DNA from: Ktedonobacterales bacterium
GTDB taxonomy: Bacteria > Chloroflexota > Ktedonobacteria > Ktedonobacterales > JADMIN01
NCBI GenBank assembly: GCA_030167145.1
Contig: CP126532.1
Coordinates: forward strand, 2,430,001-2,462,000
Direction of reading: 5' to 3'
Length of the DNA stretch: 32,000 nt
Shown: positions 22,942 to 31,667 of the stretch, one piece after another
How the letters are laid out: each line of letters begins with the position of its first letter
How positions within the stretch are numbered: position 1 is the first letter of the stretch
The notes under the pieces: model-generated
What the model was told of the DNA's origin: nothing
The model's database searches: none
The model's input: the letters and a program-made list of their open reading frames with translations, nothing else
Program-made: the position numbers and the translations under genes

Positions 22942-24188
22942 CCGGAAAAACCAGCCTGTGGATGCGCAAGCGCGCTCACCTGCCGCATGGGGTCTGCCGC
23001 CGCGAGGAGAGGCGCAGCCTCGCCAGTATGGATGTAATCGGCCAGAAGTTTGCCCGCCATTGGCCCCTGCTCGAAACCCGATGAACTCAAGCCAGTGAGC
23101 ACATAGAGGCGCTCGAACCCTGAAATCTTGCCGATAATCGGCTCCAGCCTCGCGGTGAAGGGCATCCAGCCCGCCCAGGTGCGCTGGATGGGCAGGTCGC
23201 GCAGGAACGGAAAGAGTTCGCGGGCGTGTGCGTGATTCGCGGCGATGCCTTCCGGGTCGGGCGTCGCGTCGTCGCTGAGTTGCCGGTCGCCGCCGATGAT
23301 GATCGTGCCGTCGCGCAGTTGCTGACCGTAGAGGTGACGGGTGCGGCGCGCTCCCTCCCAGTGGGTCAGTTCGAGCGGTGTGGTCGCACTGCCTGCCGGA
23401 TCGGCATGCCAGTAGCGCGCGGATTCCACTGCGCCGATGCTATGGAACAGGCGGCGCGCCGTAGGCGCTGTCGCCCACATCTGGCCGCGCACCGCGAAGA
23501 CCGGAAGCTCCAGGCCGAGCAACGCGCCCACCTGCCGCGACCACGCCCCCGCCGCCAGCACCAGGGTGCGCGCGGAAAACACGCGCCCCTCCGTCGTGGT
23601 AACGGTATAGCCTGCGCCATCATCCCCGCACGCCAGCGCCGTAACGTCGTGCCCAGGCAGGATGCGCGCGCCGTGGCGCTGCGCCTCCGCCGCGAACGCG
23701 CGCGTGATGGCGGCGGGATCGGCGCTCGCCCCCAGCGGATAGGAGACGCAACCCAATACGTGATCGCTTAATGCGGGTTCGATGGTGCGCGCGTCCCTGG
23801 CATCGCATAGTTCCACGTGAAACCCTTGCGTCGTCAGCCGTCGCACGCTCTCGCTGGCAAACTGATATTCCGCTTCGGTCTGGATGACCTGCAAAGAACC
23901 ACCCTGTCGGAATCCAAGGTCATAGTCAAGCTCAAACTGAAACGTCTGGAACATCTCCAGGCTGCCCATCGAGAGCGTTGAGTCGAGGGTAGGCAATGTA
24001 CCCCAACCGACCGCCCAGATCGTGCCCGCGTTGAGACCAGAGGCCGCGCCCGCAATCTCACCGCGTTCCAGCAGCGTCACGTCATGCCCATATCGGGCCA
24101 AATAATAGGCGGTCGAAGTTCCAGCGATACCGCCGCCAAGCACAAGCACCTCGCTGCGGTCATCGTTCGCCATTGCGCCCGCTTTCAT
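22938..24188 (-). CDS. FAD-dependent oxidoreductase (DAO / glycine-sarcosine oxidase-like)
   Basis: VLVLGGGIAGTSTAYYLARYGHDVTLLE is a Rossmann GxGxxG dinucleotide fold. ATGA overlap with the upstream radical SAM gene. Confidence 0.85.
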   Translation of the reverse strand: MKAGAMANDDRSEVLVLGGGIAGTSTAYYLARYGHDVTLLERGEIAGAASGLNAGTIWAVGWGTLPTLDSTLSMGSLEMFQTFQFELDYDLGFRQGGSLQVIQTEAEYQFASESVRRLTTQGFHVELCDARDARTIEPALSDHVLGCVSYPLGASADPAAITRAFAAEAQRHGARILPGHDVTALACGDDGAGYTVTTTEGRVFSARTLVLAAGAWSRQVGALLGLELPVFAVRGQMWATAPTARRLFHSIGAVESARYWHADPAGSATTPLELTHWEGARRTRHLYGQQLRDGTIIIGGDRQLSDDATPDPEGIAANHAHARELFPFLRDLPIQRTWAGWMPFTARLEPIIGKISGFERLYVLTGLSSSGFEQGPMAGKLLADYIHTGEAAPLLAAADPMRQVSALAHPQAGFSG

Positions 24189-25171
24189 ACGGCGTCAGTC
24201 GTATCTAGCTCGGTCAGGTCTTCTTGCAGAAAGAGGTTCTCGAAGGGCAGGTCTTCCACGATGTCCAGCGCCTCGCGATACTCCACCCAGGTGAGGCGGC
24301 GGTTCAGGTCGGGGTCGTTGTGCGCCTTGTACGCTGGGAAGTATTGGTCCATCACGCTCAGCCCAATGTCCGAACCCAGGTTCTCCGCCATCCACGTCAG
24401 CACCTCGCGCGTGCCCGCGTGGCCGTTAGGCATCACCAGATGCCGCACGATCAGCCCGCGCACCGCGATCCCCTCATCATCTACCACCAGCCCACCGACC
24501 TGCCGATACATCTCTAGCAGCGCCGCACGGTTGTATTCGACGTAGTGGTGCATCTTCGAGGTGCGCACCGCCTCCACATTGCTCGCGTACTTCGCGTCGG
24601 GCAGGTAGATGTCCACCACCCCATCCAACAGCTTCAGCACATGCACATGCTCGTAGCCCGCGCAATTATAGACCAGTGGAATCCGCAGCCCCTTGTCTGC
24701 GGCGATCACCAGCGCCTTCAAGATCTGCGGCACGAAGTGGGTCGGCGTCACCAGATCAATGTTATGCACGCCCTTACGCTGGAGTGAGAGCATCATTTCC
24801 GCCAGCCGCTCGTAACCCACGCGGATGCCGTGCCCCATCTGGCTCAGCCAGAAGTTCTGGCAGTACGTGCAGCGCGCCTGACAGCCACCGAAGAAGATCG
24901 TCCCCGCGCCCCGTGTGCCGCTGATTGGCGGCTCCTCGCGCCGATGGACGTTCCACGAGCCAATGATGACCTCCGTGCCGGAGTGGCATGCGCCGGTGAG
25001 GCCGCGTGTGCGGTCACGCGGGCAATTCTGCGGGCAGACCGTGCAGCCGCGCAGCAGTTCCCACGCCGCATCGGCGCGGCGCGCCAGTTCGCCGGTCTCG
25101 TGCAGCGCCAGATAGCTCGGCAATGTCGCCGCCCGCTCCATCTCCCGCTCCATCTCCCGCTCCATCACCAT
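24185..25171 (-). CDS. Radical SAM protein, PflX-like (COG1313-type activase homolog)
   Basis: CTVCPQNCPRDR, then GTIFFGGCQARCTYCQNF (CxxxCxxC). The start is uncertain among several in-frame ATGs inside a 12-nt tandem repeat. Confidence 0.8.
   Translation of the reverse strand: MVMEREMEREMERAATLPSYLALHETGELARRADAAWELLRGCTVCPQNCPRDRTRGLTGACHSGTEVIIGSWNVHRREEPPISGTRGAGTIFFGGCQARCTYCQNFWLSQMGHGIRVGYERLAEMMLSLQRKGVHNIDLVTPTHFVPQILKALVIAADKGLRIPLVYNCAGYEHVHVLKLLDGVVDIYLPDAKYASNVEAVRTSKMHHYVEYNRAALLEMYRQVGGLVVDDEGIAVRGLIVRHLVMPNGHAGTREVLTWMAENLGSDIGLSVMDQYFPAYKAHNDPDLNRRLTWVEYREALDIVEDLPFENLFLQEDLTELDTTDAV
25131..25166 (-). repeat. 12-nt tandem repeat x3 at the 5' end of the radical SAM gene
   Basis: Plus strand reads cccgctccatct cccgctccatct cccgctccatca. 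Minus strand reads (ATGGAGCGGGAG)n, encoding MEREMEREMER. Confidence 0.9.
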
Positions 25172-25177
25172 GCTCAA

Positions 25178-25882
25178 CTACTCCTTCAGCATGTCCGCCA
25201 GCACTGGTGTATGCTCGCGCACATGCAGGATACTGCGCCGCAGCGCCTTCCGCAATGTCCAGCGTTCGCCGTCGTGCTCGACGATGCGCTCACGTTCCTC
25301 CGGCGTGGTCGCGCGGAAGCGTGCAATGCTGGCCTGCCGCACCTGCTGGAAACGCTGCTGAAGCGTGCCAGGCAACTGCCCGATTGGCGTCACCACTGGT
25401 TGAAGCTCGATGCGCGAAACCAACCAGAGCTGTGTCTGCAACATATGGGTGAGCACCCCGCGCCCCGACTCACCCACCGCACCCACGCGATCTAGCGCGG
25501 CATCATCCGCAGCTTCGATCAGCGCCAACAGGTCGGCGTAGGACCAATCCAGCAGCGAGAGATACCAGTCGAGATCTTCGCCGGTGATGATGCGCTGCCC
25601 CGGCTCGAAGATTGCGCCCACGTGGGCGCGATCAAACCCGCCCACGCCGCGCGTTTCGCGCACCACCACCTCAAAGATGCCATTGACGACCGGCATGTAC
25701 TCATCGTGCGCCGCCAGCCAGGCGTGATACGCTGGAATCGCCTCGGTCAGCAGCCGCACCGCATCCGCCTCGCTTGGCCCATACGCGAAGCAGCCCGGCA
25801 ACTCCGCAAGCTGCGCCAGCGCCCTGCCATCCGGCGCGACCTCGACATAGGCATCGTAGACGACCTTCTCATCGGTGTTCAT
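25178..25882 (-). CDS. HicB-like (UPF0150) N-terminal domain fused to a DinB/DinB_2-like helical-bundle domain
   Basis: The N-terminus YVEVAPDGRALAQLAELPGCFAYGPSEADAVRLLTEAIPAYHAWL is HicB-like. The C-terminus ...LTHMLQTQLW...ILHVREHTPVLADML is DinB-like. Start at ATG 25882; the track extension overlaps uvrB. Confidence 0.6.
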   Translation of the reverse strand: MNTDEKVVYDAYVEVAPDGRALAQLAELPGCFAYGPSEADAVRLLTEAIPAYHAWLAAHDEYMPVVNGIFEVVVRETRGVGGFDRAHVGAIFEPGQRIITGEDLDWYLSLLDWSYADLLALIEAADDAALDRVGAVGESGRGVLTHMLQTQLWLVSRIELQPVVTPIGQLPGTLQQRFQQVRQASIARFRATTPEERERIVEHDGERWTLRKALRRSILHVREHTPVLADMLKE

Positions 25883-25898
25883 AGGCGTCGCTTTTCCT

Positions 25899-27878
25899 CT
25901 ATTCCAGCACCGCGCGCCGCAACTCCACAATCTGGTCGCGCAGCGCCGCCGCCTTCTCGAACTCCAGCTCTTTCGCCGCTTTGCGCATCTGCGACTCCAG
26001 TTCTTTGATGAGCCGCATCGCCTCGTCTTTGGGCATCGTCGCAATCGAGACACCGCCGCCCGCCTCCTGAGTCTCCTCACTGACGCGGAAGCGGTCAGAG
26101 AGCGCGCGCACCTCTTTCTTGATGCTCACCGGCGTGATACCATGCTCCTCGTTGTAGCCCGTCTGGATGCGGCGGCGGCGGTTCGTCTCGTCAATCGCGC
26201 GGCGCATCGAAGCCGTCACGTTGTCCGCGTACATCACCACCGTGCCTTCGGTGTGGCGCGCCGCGCGCCCGATGGTCTGGATCAGCGAGCCTTCCGAGCG
26301 CAAGAAGCCCTCTTTGTCGGCGTCCAGAATCGCCACCAGCGACACCTCCGGCAGATCCAGTCCCTCACGCAGCAGATTGATCCCCACTACCACATCATAG
26401 ACGCCCAGCCGCAGGTCGCGCAGAATCTCGATGCGCTCCAGCGTATCAATCTCCGAGTGCAGATAGTGGACCTTTACGCCCATCTCTTGCAGATAGTCGG
26501 CCAGATCTTCGGACATCTTCTTGGTTAGCGTCGTCACCAGCGCCCGCTGGCCCTTATCGGTACGCTCGCGAATCTCAGCCAGCAGATCGTCTATCTGTCC
26601 CTCGGTCGGGCGCACGCTCACCTCTGGATCGAGAATGCCCGTCGGGCGGATGATCTGCTCGGCCACCACGACGCTATGCTCATATTCATATGGTCCGGGC
26701 GTCGCGGAAACGAAGACCGCCTGGGCGAAGTGTCGCTCGAATTCCGCGAAGGTCAGCGGACGGTTATCCAGCGCCGAGGGCAGGCGGAAGCCGTAATCCA
26801 CCAACACCTGCTTGCGCGCCCGGTCGCCGTTGAACATCCCCCGCACCTGCGGCAGCGCGATATGCGACTCATCCACCACCAGCAAGTAATCGTCGGGCAT
26901 GTAATCCAGCAACGTCCAGGGCTGGTCGCCAGGCTGGCGGCCCGCCAAATGGCGCGAATAGTTTTCGATGCCGGAACACAAACCCGTCTCGGTCAGCATC
27001 TCGATGTCAAAGTTGGTGCGCTGGCGCAGCCGCGCCGCTTCCAGCAGTTTGCCCTCGCGGTCCAGCTCTTGTAGCCGCACCGCCAGCTCGTCTTTGATGC
27101 CCGCGATAGCATGGTTCAGCCGTTCCTGCGTCGTCACCCAGTGCTTGGCGGGATAGATGTCCAGCCGGGCGCGCTGCCCCAGAATCTCGCCGGTCAGCGG
27201 ATCAATCTCCACCATCCGCTCGATCTCATCGCCGAAGAACTCGATGCGCACTGCCAGATCTTCATACGACGGATAGATCTCCAGCACATCGCCGCGCACG
27301 CGGAACTTGCCGCGCACAAAGTTCTGGTCGTTGCGCTCGTACTGGATGTCGGCCAGGTGCCGCAGCACGCGGTCGCGGCGGCGAGTCTCGCCGGCCTTCA
27401 ACGTCAGCACCACCTCGCCATACTCCTCCGGCGAGCCGAGGCCGTAGATGCACGACACCGACGCGACGATCAGCACGTCGCGCCGCTGGAAGAGACTGCG
27501 CGTGGTGGAGAGCCGCAGTTTCTCGATCTCTTCGTTGATCTGGCTCTCTTTTTCGACGTAGGTATCCGTGCGTGGGATGTACGCTTCCGGCTGATAGTAA
27601 TCGTAGTAACTGACGAAGTATTCGACGGCGTTCTCAGGGAAGAACTCTTTGTATTCGGCGTAGAGCTGCGCCGCCAGCGTCTTATTCGGCGCCAGCACCA
27701 GCGTCGGCTTCTGCACCTGCGCCACCACCTGCGCCACGGTGAATGTCTTGCCGCTGCCCGTCACGCCGAGCAGCGTCGAGCACTTGTTGCCACCGCGCAC
27801 GCTCTCGACGAGCGAACCGATGGCTTCGGGCTGATCGCCGGTCGGCGAAAACGGCGCCACGACCTCGAAATCAGGCAT
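25899..27878 (-). CDS. uvrB: Excinuclease ABC subunit B
   Basis: [20 protein letters not shown], Walker [11 protein letters not shown], helicase motifs, and the C-terminal UVR domain [14 protein letters not shown]. Start at Met16 of the track ORF. Confidence 0.95.
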   Translation of the reverse strand: MPDFEVVAPFSPTGDQPEAIGSLVESVRGGNKCSTLLGVTGSGKTFTVAQVVAQVQKPTLVLAPNKTLAAQLYAEYKEFFPENAVEYFVSYYDYYQPEAYIPRTDTYVEKESQINEEIEKLRLSTTRSLFQRRDVLIVASVSCIYGLGSPEEYGEVVLTLKAGETRRRDRVLRHLADIQYERNDQNFVRGKFRVRGDVLEIYPSYEDLAVRIEFFGDEIERMVEIDPLTGEILGQRARLDIYPAKHWVTTQERLNHAIAGIKDELAVRLQELDREGKLLEAARLRQRTNFDIEMLTETGLCSGIENYSRHLAGRQPGDQPWTLLDYMPDDYLLVVDESHIALPQVRGMFNGDRARKQVLVDYGFRLPSALDNRPLTFAEFERHFAQAVFVSATPGPYEYEHSVVVAEQIIRPTGILDPEVSVRPTEGQIDDLLAEIRERTDKGQRALVTTLTKKMSEDLADYLQEMGVKVHYLHSEIDTLERIEILRDLRLGVYDVVVGINLLREGLDLPEVSLVAILDADKEGFLRSEGSLIQTIGRAARHTEGTVVMYADNVTASMRRAIDETNRRRRIQTGYNEEHGITPVSIKKEVRALSDRFRVSEETQEAGGGVSIATMPKDEAMRLIKELESQMRKAAKELEFEKAAALRDQIVELRRAVLE

Positions 27879-28080
27879 AATCGCCTCTTTCGCCCGCGCT
27901 CTCTGGCCAGCGGGCAGGCACATACTGTGTTAGTGTAACGTATTGTCTCCACACGAAAAGCGTACCCGTACTATTCTGTACGACCGTGTCCGAAATGGAA
28001 AGCGCCTCATCATTGCGGCGCGCATGAGATACAGCATGAGACACGAAGTGCCCGCGCACCAGTGAGCGCGCGAGCACTTG

Positions 28081-28089
28081 AGTATATCA
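28081..28089 (-). promoter_or_regulatory. Candidate extended -10 element (TGATATACT) upstream of uvrB
   Basis: Same TATACT -10 hexamer with an upstream TG as the dinD-type promoters. No convincing -35. It would give a ~200-nt 5' UTR. Confidence 0.3.
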
Positions 28090-28111
28090 CGTCAAAAGCG
28101 TGGCGATATCG

Positions 28112-28792
28112 CTACTTCTTTGGTGTGGGTGTGGCGGCGGTCGGCGCGTCAATCTTCTGCTTGAGCGCCTTGAGATACGCCTCAGCCAGCGTCACATCGG
28201 CGACCGCATAGTTGCCAAGCTGGTCCTGCGTCACGTTGGCGCGCCACGTCGTGAACAGATCGTAGATATTATCCAGGACGCCGATATGCACATTGATGTG
28301 GCTCAGCGCGTCGCGGGCGCCAGAAACGCCGTTCGCCAGCACTTGCAGCAGGTCGCCGGTAATCGTCGAGGTAAGGTCAGCCAGCGGCTTGACGATATAC
28401 GTCACCCCGATGCGTGTCAGATCGGCCACCTCAATCGCGCCATCCAGCGCGAACCCTTCGAGGTTGCGCAGCTCATTGAGCACCGCCTGCCGACCCTGCT
28501 CCACCCCTGCCGAGAGAGCGTCGTCAAGCTGCTTTTGCGTGTAGAGGCCCGCCTCTTTGACGGCCACCGGCGCCAGCGCCGCCGCGCCAGCGCAAACACC
28601 CAGCCCCGCCACGCCGAGCAGCGCACGCCGTCGAAACTTGCGCTGGTCCTTCTCGCGCTCCACCTGCCGCACGGCCTCCGCAAGCTGCGCGGGCGAGATG
28701 CCCTGCGTTGGAGTCGCCGCGTTCAGCGCCCCTGGCTGCGTCTGGTCATACGGATACTGGCCTGGTTGCTGGCCACCTGTGGGCTGGGTCAT
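28112..28792 (-). CDS. Hypothetical membrane-anchored protein (RRR-adjacent TM helix)
   Basis: Start at ATG 28792 (AAGGGAG upstream). KFRRRALLGVAGLGVCAGAAALAP is followed by a helical soluble domain. I recognise no family. Confidence 0.65.
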   Translation of the reverse strand: MTQPTGGQQPGQYPYDQTQPGALNAATPTQGISPAQLAEAVRQVEREKDQRKFRRRALLGVAGLGVCAGAAALAPVAVKEAGLYTQKQLDDALSAGVEQGRQAVLNELRNLEGFALDGAIEVADLTRIGVTYIVKPLADLTSTITGDLLQVLANGVSGARDALSHINVHIGVLDNIYDLFTTWRANVTQDQLGNYAVADVTLAEAYLKALKQKIDAPTAATPTPKK

Positions 28793-29091
28793 ACACAATC
28801 GCTCCCTTCTCCGTTTGCCGTGTGACGCCGGGTATCCACCCAATCTGTTGTGCCAAAGCGCCACGTGTCGCCAGTATACTGAGCAGAGAGAGGAAGCGTC
28901 AACCTGCGCGGCTCGCCCGCGCGTGGGCAATTCCACGTAGCACGTCCACCGCCGCCCCGCGCCCTCAGCCTCGTTCTCGCTCTATCCCTTTACGAACTAT
29001 CGCCGAGCGCGTTGTAGTCCGCCAGCCACGCGATTTGCCGCGGCGCTTTAGGCCGAGAACTCACCCTACTACTCCGCTTGCCAGATCACAG

Positions 29092-29117
29092 AGGGGCGTC
29101 CGGTGGATGCCCCTCAC
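29092..29117. repeat. REP-like palindromic element, copy 1
   Basis: aGGGGCGTCCggtGGATGCCCCtcac forms a 9-bp stem with one G-T. It matches 31488-31512. Confidence 0.6.
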
Positions 29118-29141
29118 ATGCCCATATTGCCGTCCTTGCCG

Positions 29142-29507
29142 TTACAACGTAATTACGTGATCCGGTGGATTGCCCGCCAGCGCCGCGTAGAGATCCGGGA
29201 AGCAGCCAACTCGCACCCCCTCCACCGTATCCTGCGGCGTGCAGTCGCCTGGCTCGCCCGTCGCCAGCCCCCGCTCGATGGCGCACTGGTCGCAGAGCAT
29301 CAACAACATCCCCTGCTCACGCGCAATCTTGCCAATGCGCTCGCCAATGGGATCGCCCTTGCGCAACACGTATGTATTGTCATCAAACAACATCATCCCC
29401 ACCACCTCGACGCCGTGGCGTCCCTCTTCGAGTTGTGGCAGAATCATCTTGCCCAGCTTATAGCTCGCGGTGTGGCCGCTGGTGGCGAAAACGTATGCGA
29501 CTTTCAT
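29142..29507 (-). CDS. DsrE/DsrF-like family protein
   Basis: MKVAYVFATSGHTASYKLGK..., ~120 aa, with LMLCDQCAIERG typical of the DsrE-fold small proteins. Confidence 0.65.
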   Translation of the reverse strand: MKVAYVFATSGHTASYKLGKMILPQLEEGRHGVEVVGMMLFDDNTYVLRKGDPIGERIGKIAREQGMLLMLCDQCAIERGLATGEPGDCTPQDTVEGVRVGCFPDLYAALAGNPPDHVITL

Positions 29508-29726
29508 CTTTGTCTCCTATGCTTCATGCACTGTATCTGTAGTATCAGGCGACATGCGCCGCGCCAGACTGTAGCATATACCCTCGGCGCTGCGGCAAGT
29601 GCGACCAGATGGAAGCGGACATGTGTATCTGCCCACTCCGATGGCGCTGGACTTGCGAGCACTGTGGCCAGAGAAGCTATCGCACGACTGACATGCGATG
29701 TCGCAAAGCAGCGAGGAGGCGCAAGT

Positions 29727-30176
29727 ATGGCACGGATTCACGTTGAGGCAGAGCGCGTGATAGATGCATCGCCAAAGAACGTCTATGCGATTCTGGCGGA
29801 CTACCAGGGCAGGCATCAGCGCATCTTGCCGCCAGAAACCTTCAAGGATTTCCATGTCGAGGAGGGTGGCCAGGGCGAAGGCACTGTCATGCGCTTCCGT
29901 GTCGCGGCGGGCGGACGCGAGCGGCCATACCGCATGCGCGTCACCGAGCCAGATCGCGGGCGGAAGCTCGTCGAGGAGGATACCATGTCCTCGCTCGTCA
30001 CCACCTTCACCGTCGAGCCTGTCTCCGGCGGCCAGGCCAGCCGCGTGCGCATCGCCACGGATTGGCAGGGCGGTCGGGGCATCGGCGGCTTCTTCGAGCG
30101 CACCTTCGCCCCCGGCACGATGCGGCGCATCTACGAAGAAGAGCTAGACCGGCTGGTGGAAGAGACTCGCGACTGA
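29727..30176 (+). CDS. SRPBCC (START/polyketide-cyclase-like) family protein
   Basis: Start at ATG 29727 (GAGGAGG upstream). MARIHVEAERVIDASPKNVYAILADYQ...HQRILP is a typical SRPBCC N-terminus. The upstream part of the track ORF is antisense to the DsrE-like gene. Confidence 0.7.
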   Translation: MARIHVEAERVIDASPKNVYAILADYQGRHQRILPPETFKDFHVEEGGQGEGTVMRFRVAAGGRERPYRMRVTEPDRGRKLVEEDTMSSLVTTFTVEPVSGGQASRVRIATDWQGGRGIGGFFERTFAPGTMRRIYEEELDRLVEETRD

Positions 30177-30206
30177 CCCACCCCTACGGGCTGGCGCAAA
30201 CATCCC

Positions 30207-30420
30207 ACACGGGACATAATCACCGTGACTACTCTCCCGCATACATGCGGGAGCTTCTAGGAGCAAGCCCCAAGGTGTGTAGCCCCACACCTAAAATGTT
30301 CAGACTGGCGTTGAAATCACGGTCGAGAACCACCCTGCAGCAGGGGCAGGTATAGATGCGGTCTGCAAGGGAGAGCGGTTGCCGATGTCCACACTGCGAG
30401 CAATCTTGACTGGTATACGC
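30207..30420 (-). ncRNA. Predicted omega-RNA of the second TnpB (scaffold overlaps the tnpB 3' end; guide acggtgattatgtcccgtgt)
   Basis: By analogy with characterised systems. A perfect 8-bp hairpin at 30234-30253 lies inside the last tnpB codons. The guide is the 16-20 nt beyond the inferred right end (30226 downward). The 5' end was not determined. Confidence 0.35.
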
Positions 30421-31374
30421 GGGGTTCACTGCCACATACTTTCGACCGGCCCATGCTGCCTTGTACGAGAGGGTGGCGGCGAACTGACTCCACGCCGCGT
30501 CATGAATGCTCTTGGCGAGACAATGGTTGTGCATCATCCGGTTGACCGACAAATCTTCGACGGCGATGAGGTCGAAGCCATCAACGATACGGCGGCTGTG
30601 CTGGTGGGCGAAGTCGCTCCGTCGCCATCGAATCCGCTCATGCACCCGCGCTACCACCTTGCGCCGCGTGGCGCGCTCCGATGTGCCCTTTTCTTCCTTG
30701 CTGAGACGCCGCTGTACCTTCGCCAGAACCGTTTCTTCGGCACGGAAGAAACGCGGGTTAGCGATTTCCAGCCCAGTCGAGAGCGTGGCAAAGGTCTTCA
30801 AGCCCACATCAATCCCCACCTGCTGCCCGATCTCTGGCAGTGGGGGTGGCTCAGCACATTCACACGAGAAGCAGACATACCATTTGCCGGTACTGCTGCG
30901 GCTGATCGTCGCCGTCTTGGCTGTGCCTTCCCATTGGCGATGGAGTACGATCTTTACCAAGCCGACGCCATGCAACCGCAGACGCCGCGCATCCGCATCC
31001 AGCGTGCAGCCTACTGGCACCTGGGGATAGGTGAGGCTGGCGTAGCGCCCCTGGCCGCGAAAGCGCGGATAACCAGGTTCTCGCTCACCGGCCTTCATAC
31101 GGCGGAAGAACGCCTGAAACGCCAAGTCAATGCGGACCGCGACATTCTGCAACACCTGCGATTGGACACTAGCCAGTGTGGGTCGCTCAGCTTTGAGCAC
31201 AGGCAATGTCGCCTGCTGGTCGTAGAGGCGCAGCGATTCTTGCCGCTGCTCCCAGGCGTCGCGCCGGGCAGCCAGCAGTTCATTGTAGAGCCAGCGGCAC
31301 TCCTCAAGCTGCTGTGCGAGGAGGCGCTGCTGCTGCTTGGTCGGGTACAAGCGGTACTTAAACGTCTTACGCAT
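30229..31374 (-). CDS. tnpB: TnpB (IS605 OrfB) RNA-guided endonuclease, RuvC triad intact
   Basis: MRKTFKYRLYPTKQQ, GIDVGLK, IAVEDL, CSQCG..CPCC, LDRDFNASLNI. Confidence 0.9.
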   Translation of the reverse strand: MRKTFKYRLYPTKQQQRLLAQQLEECRWLYNELLAARRDAWEQRQESLRLYDQQATLPVLKAERPTLASVQSQVLQNVAVRIDLAFQAFFRRMKAGEREPGYPRFRGQGRYASLTYPQVPVGCTLDADARRLRLHGVGLVKIVLHRQWEGTAKTATISRSSTGKWYVCFSCECAEPPPLPEIGQQVGIDVGLKTFATLSTGLEIANPRFFRAEETVLAKVQRRLSKEEKGTSERATRRKVVARVHERIRWRRSDFAHQHSRRIVDGFDLIAVEDLSVNRMMHNHCLAKSIHDAAWSQFAATLSYKAAWAGRKYVAVNPAYTSQDCSQCGHRQPLSLADRIYTCPCCRVVLDRDFNASLNILGVGLHTLGLAPRSSRMYAGE

Positions 31375-31380
31375 ACTCGT

Positions 31381-31410
31381 ATGGTATTCTTAAAGCATAC
31401 GTGTTGTCAA
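31381..31410 (-). promoter_or_regulatory. IS-internal promoter TTGACA-N18-TACCAT, predicted leaderless tnpB mRNA
   Basis: -35 at 31410-31405 and -10 at 31386-31381. The A of ATG 31374 lies 7 nt after the -10. This geometry is identical to element 1. Confidence 0.4.
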
Positions 31411-31487
31411 GAGGGAGAAGGCCATTCATCCCCCGCTCAAAAGACGGGGGCTTTCTCGCCTGTTTTTGTAACTGTCATCCCATCCGT

Positions 31488-31512
31488 AGGGGCGTCCGGT
31501 GGACGCCCTCAC
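31488..31512. repeat. REP-like palindromic element, copy 2
   Basis: aGGGGCGTCCggtGGACGCCCtcac forms an 8-bp perfect stem. It lies ~10 nt outside the inferred left end of the second IS. Confidence 0.6.
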
Positions 31513-31667
31513 TTTCTACACCGCCGGACGCCTTCTCGCTCCGCCCGCACTGCCGGCGGGGCGAATACTGCTGTTTGCCCGCGCTCCGCTGCGCTGACAG
31601 ATAACTTGTCTGTCCTATCGCTGATGCCCGCCATATAAATTGATACGAATTGAAAGGAACGACCACC

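Larger units (their letters stand above)
30227..31479 (-). mobile_element. tnpB-only IS200/IS605-family (IS1341-like) element related to the 3976-5676 element
   Basis: The right end is inferred by alignment with element 1: gaagcTCCCGCAtgtaTGCGGGAgagtagtc|ac versus gaagcCCCGGCGtttaCGTCTGGGGagcatgtc|ac. The left-end hairpin at 31430-31450 (gaaagCCCCCG...CGGGGGatgaa) is homologous to element 1 at 4000-4030. The left-end boundary is approximate (+/-15 nt). Confidence 0.65.

Noticed and set aside
25883-26080. Upstream extension of the HicB-DinB ORF (track 25178..26080)
   Set aside because: It overlaps the 3' end of uvrB in another frame and is Arg-rich ([14 protein letters not shown]). The HicB-like domain begins right after ATG 25882.
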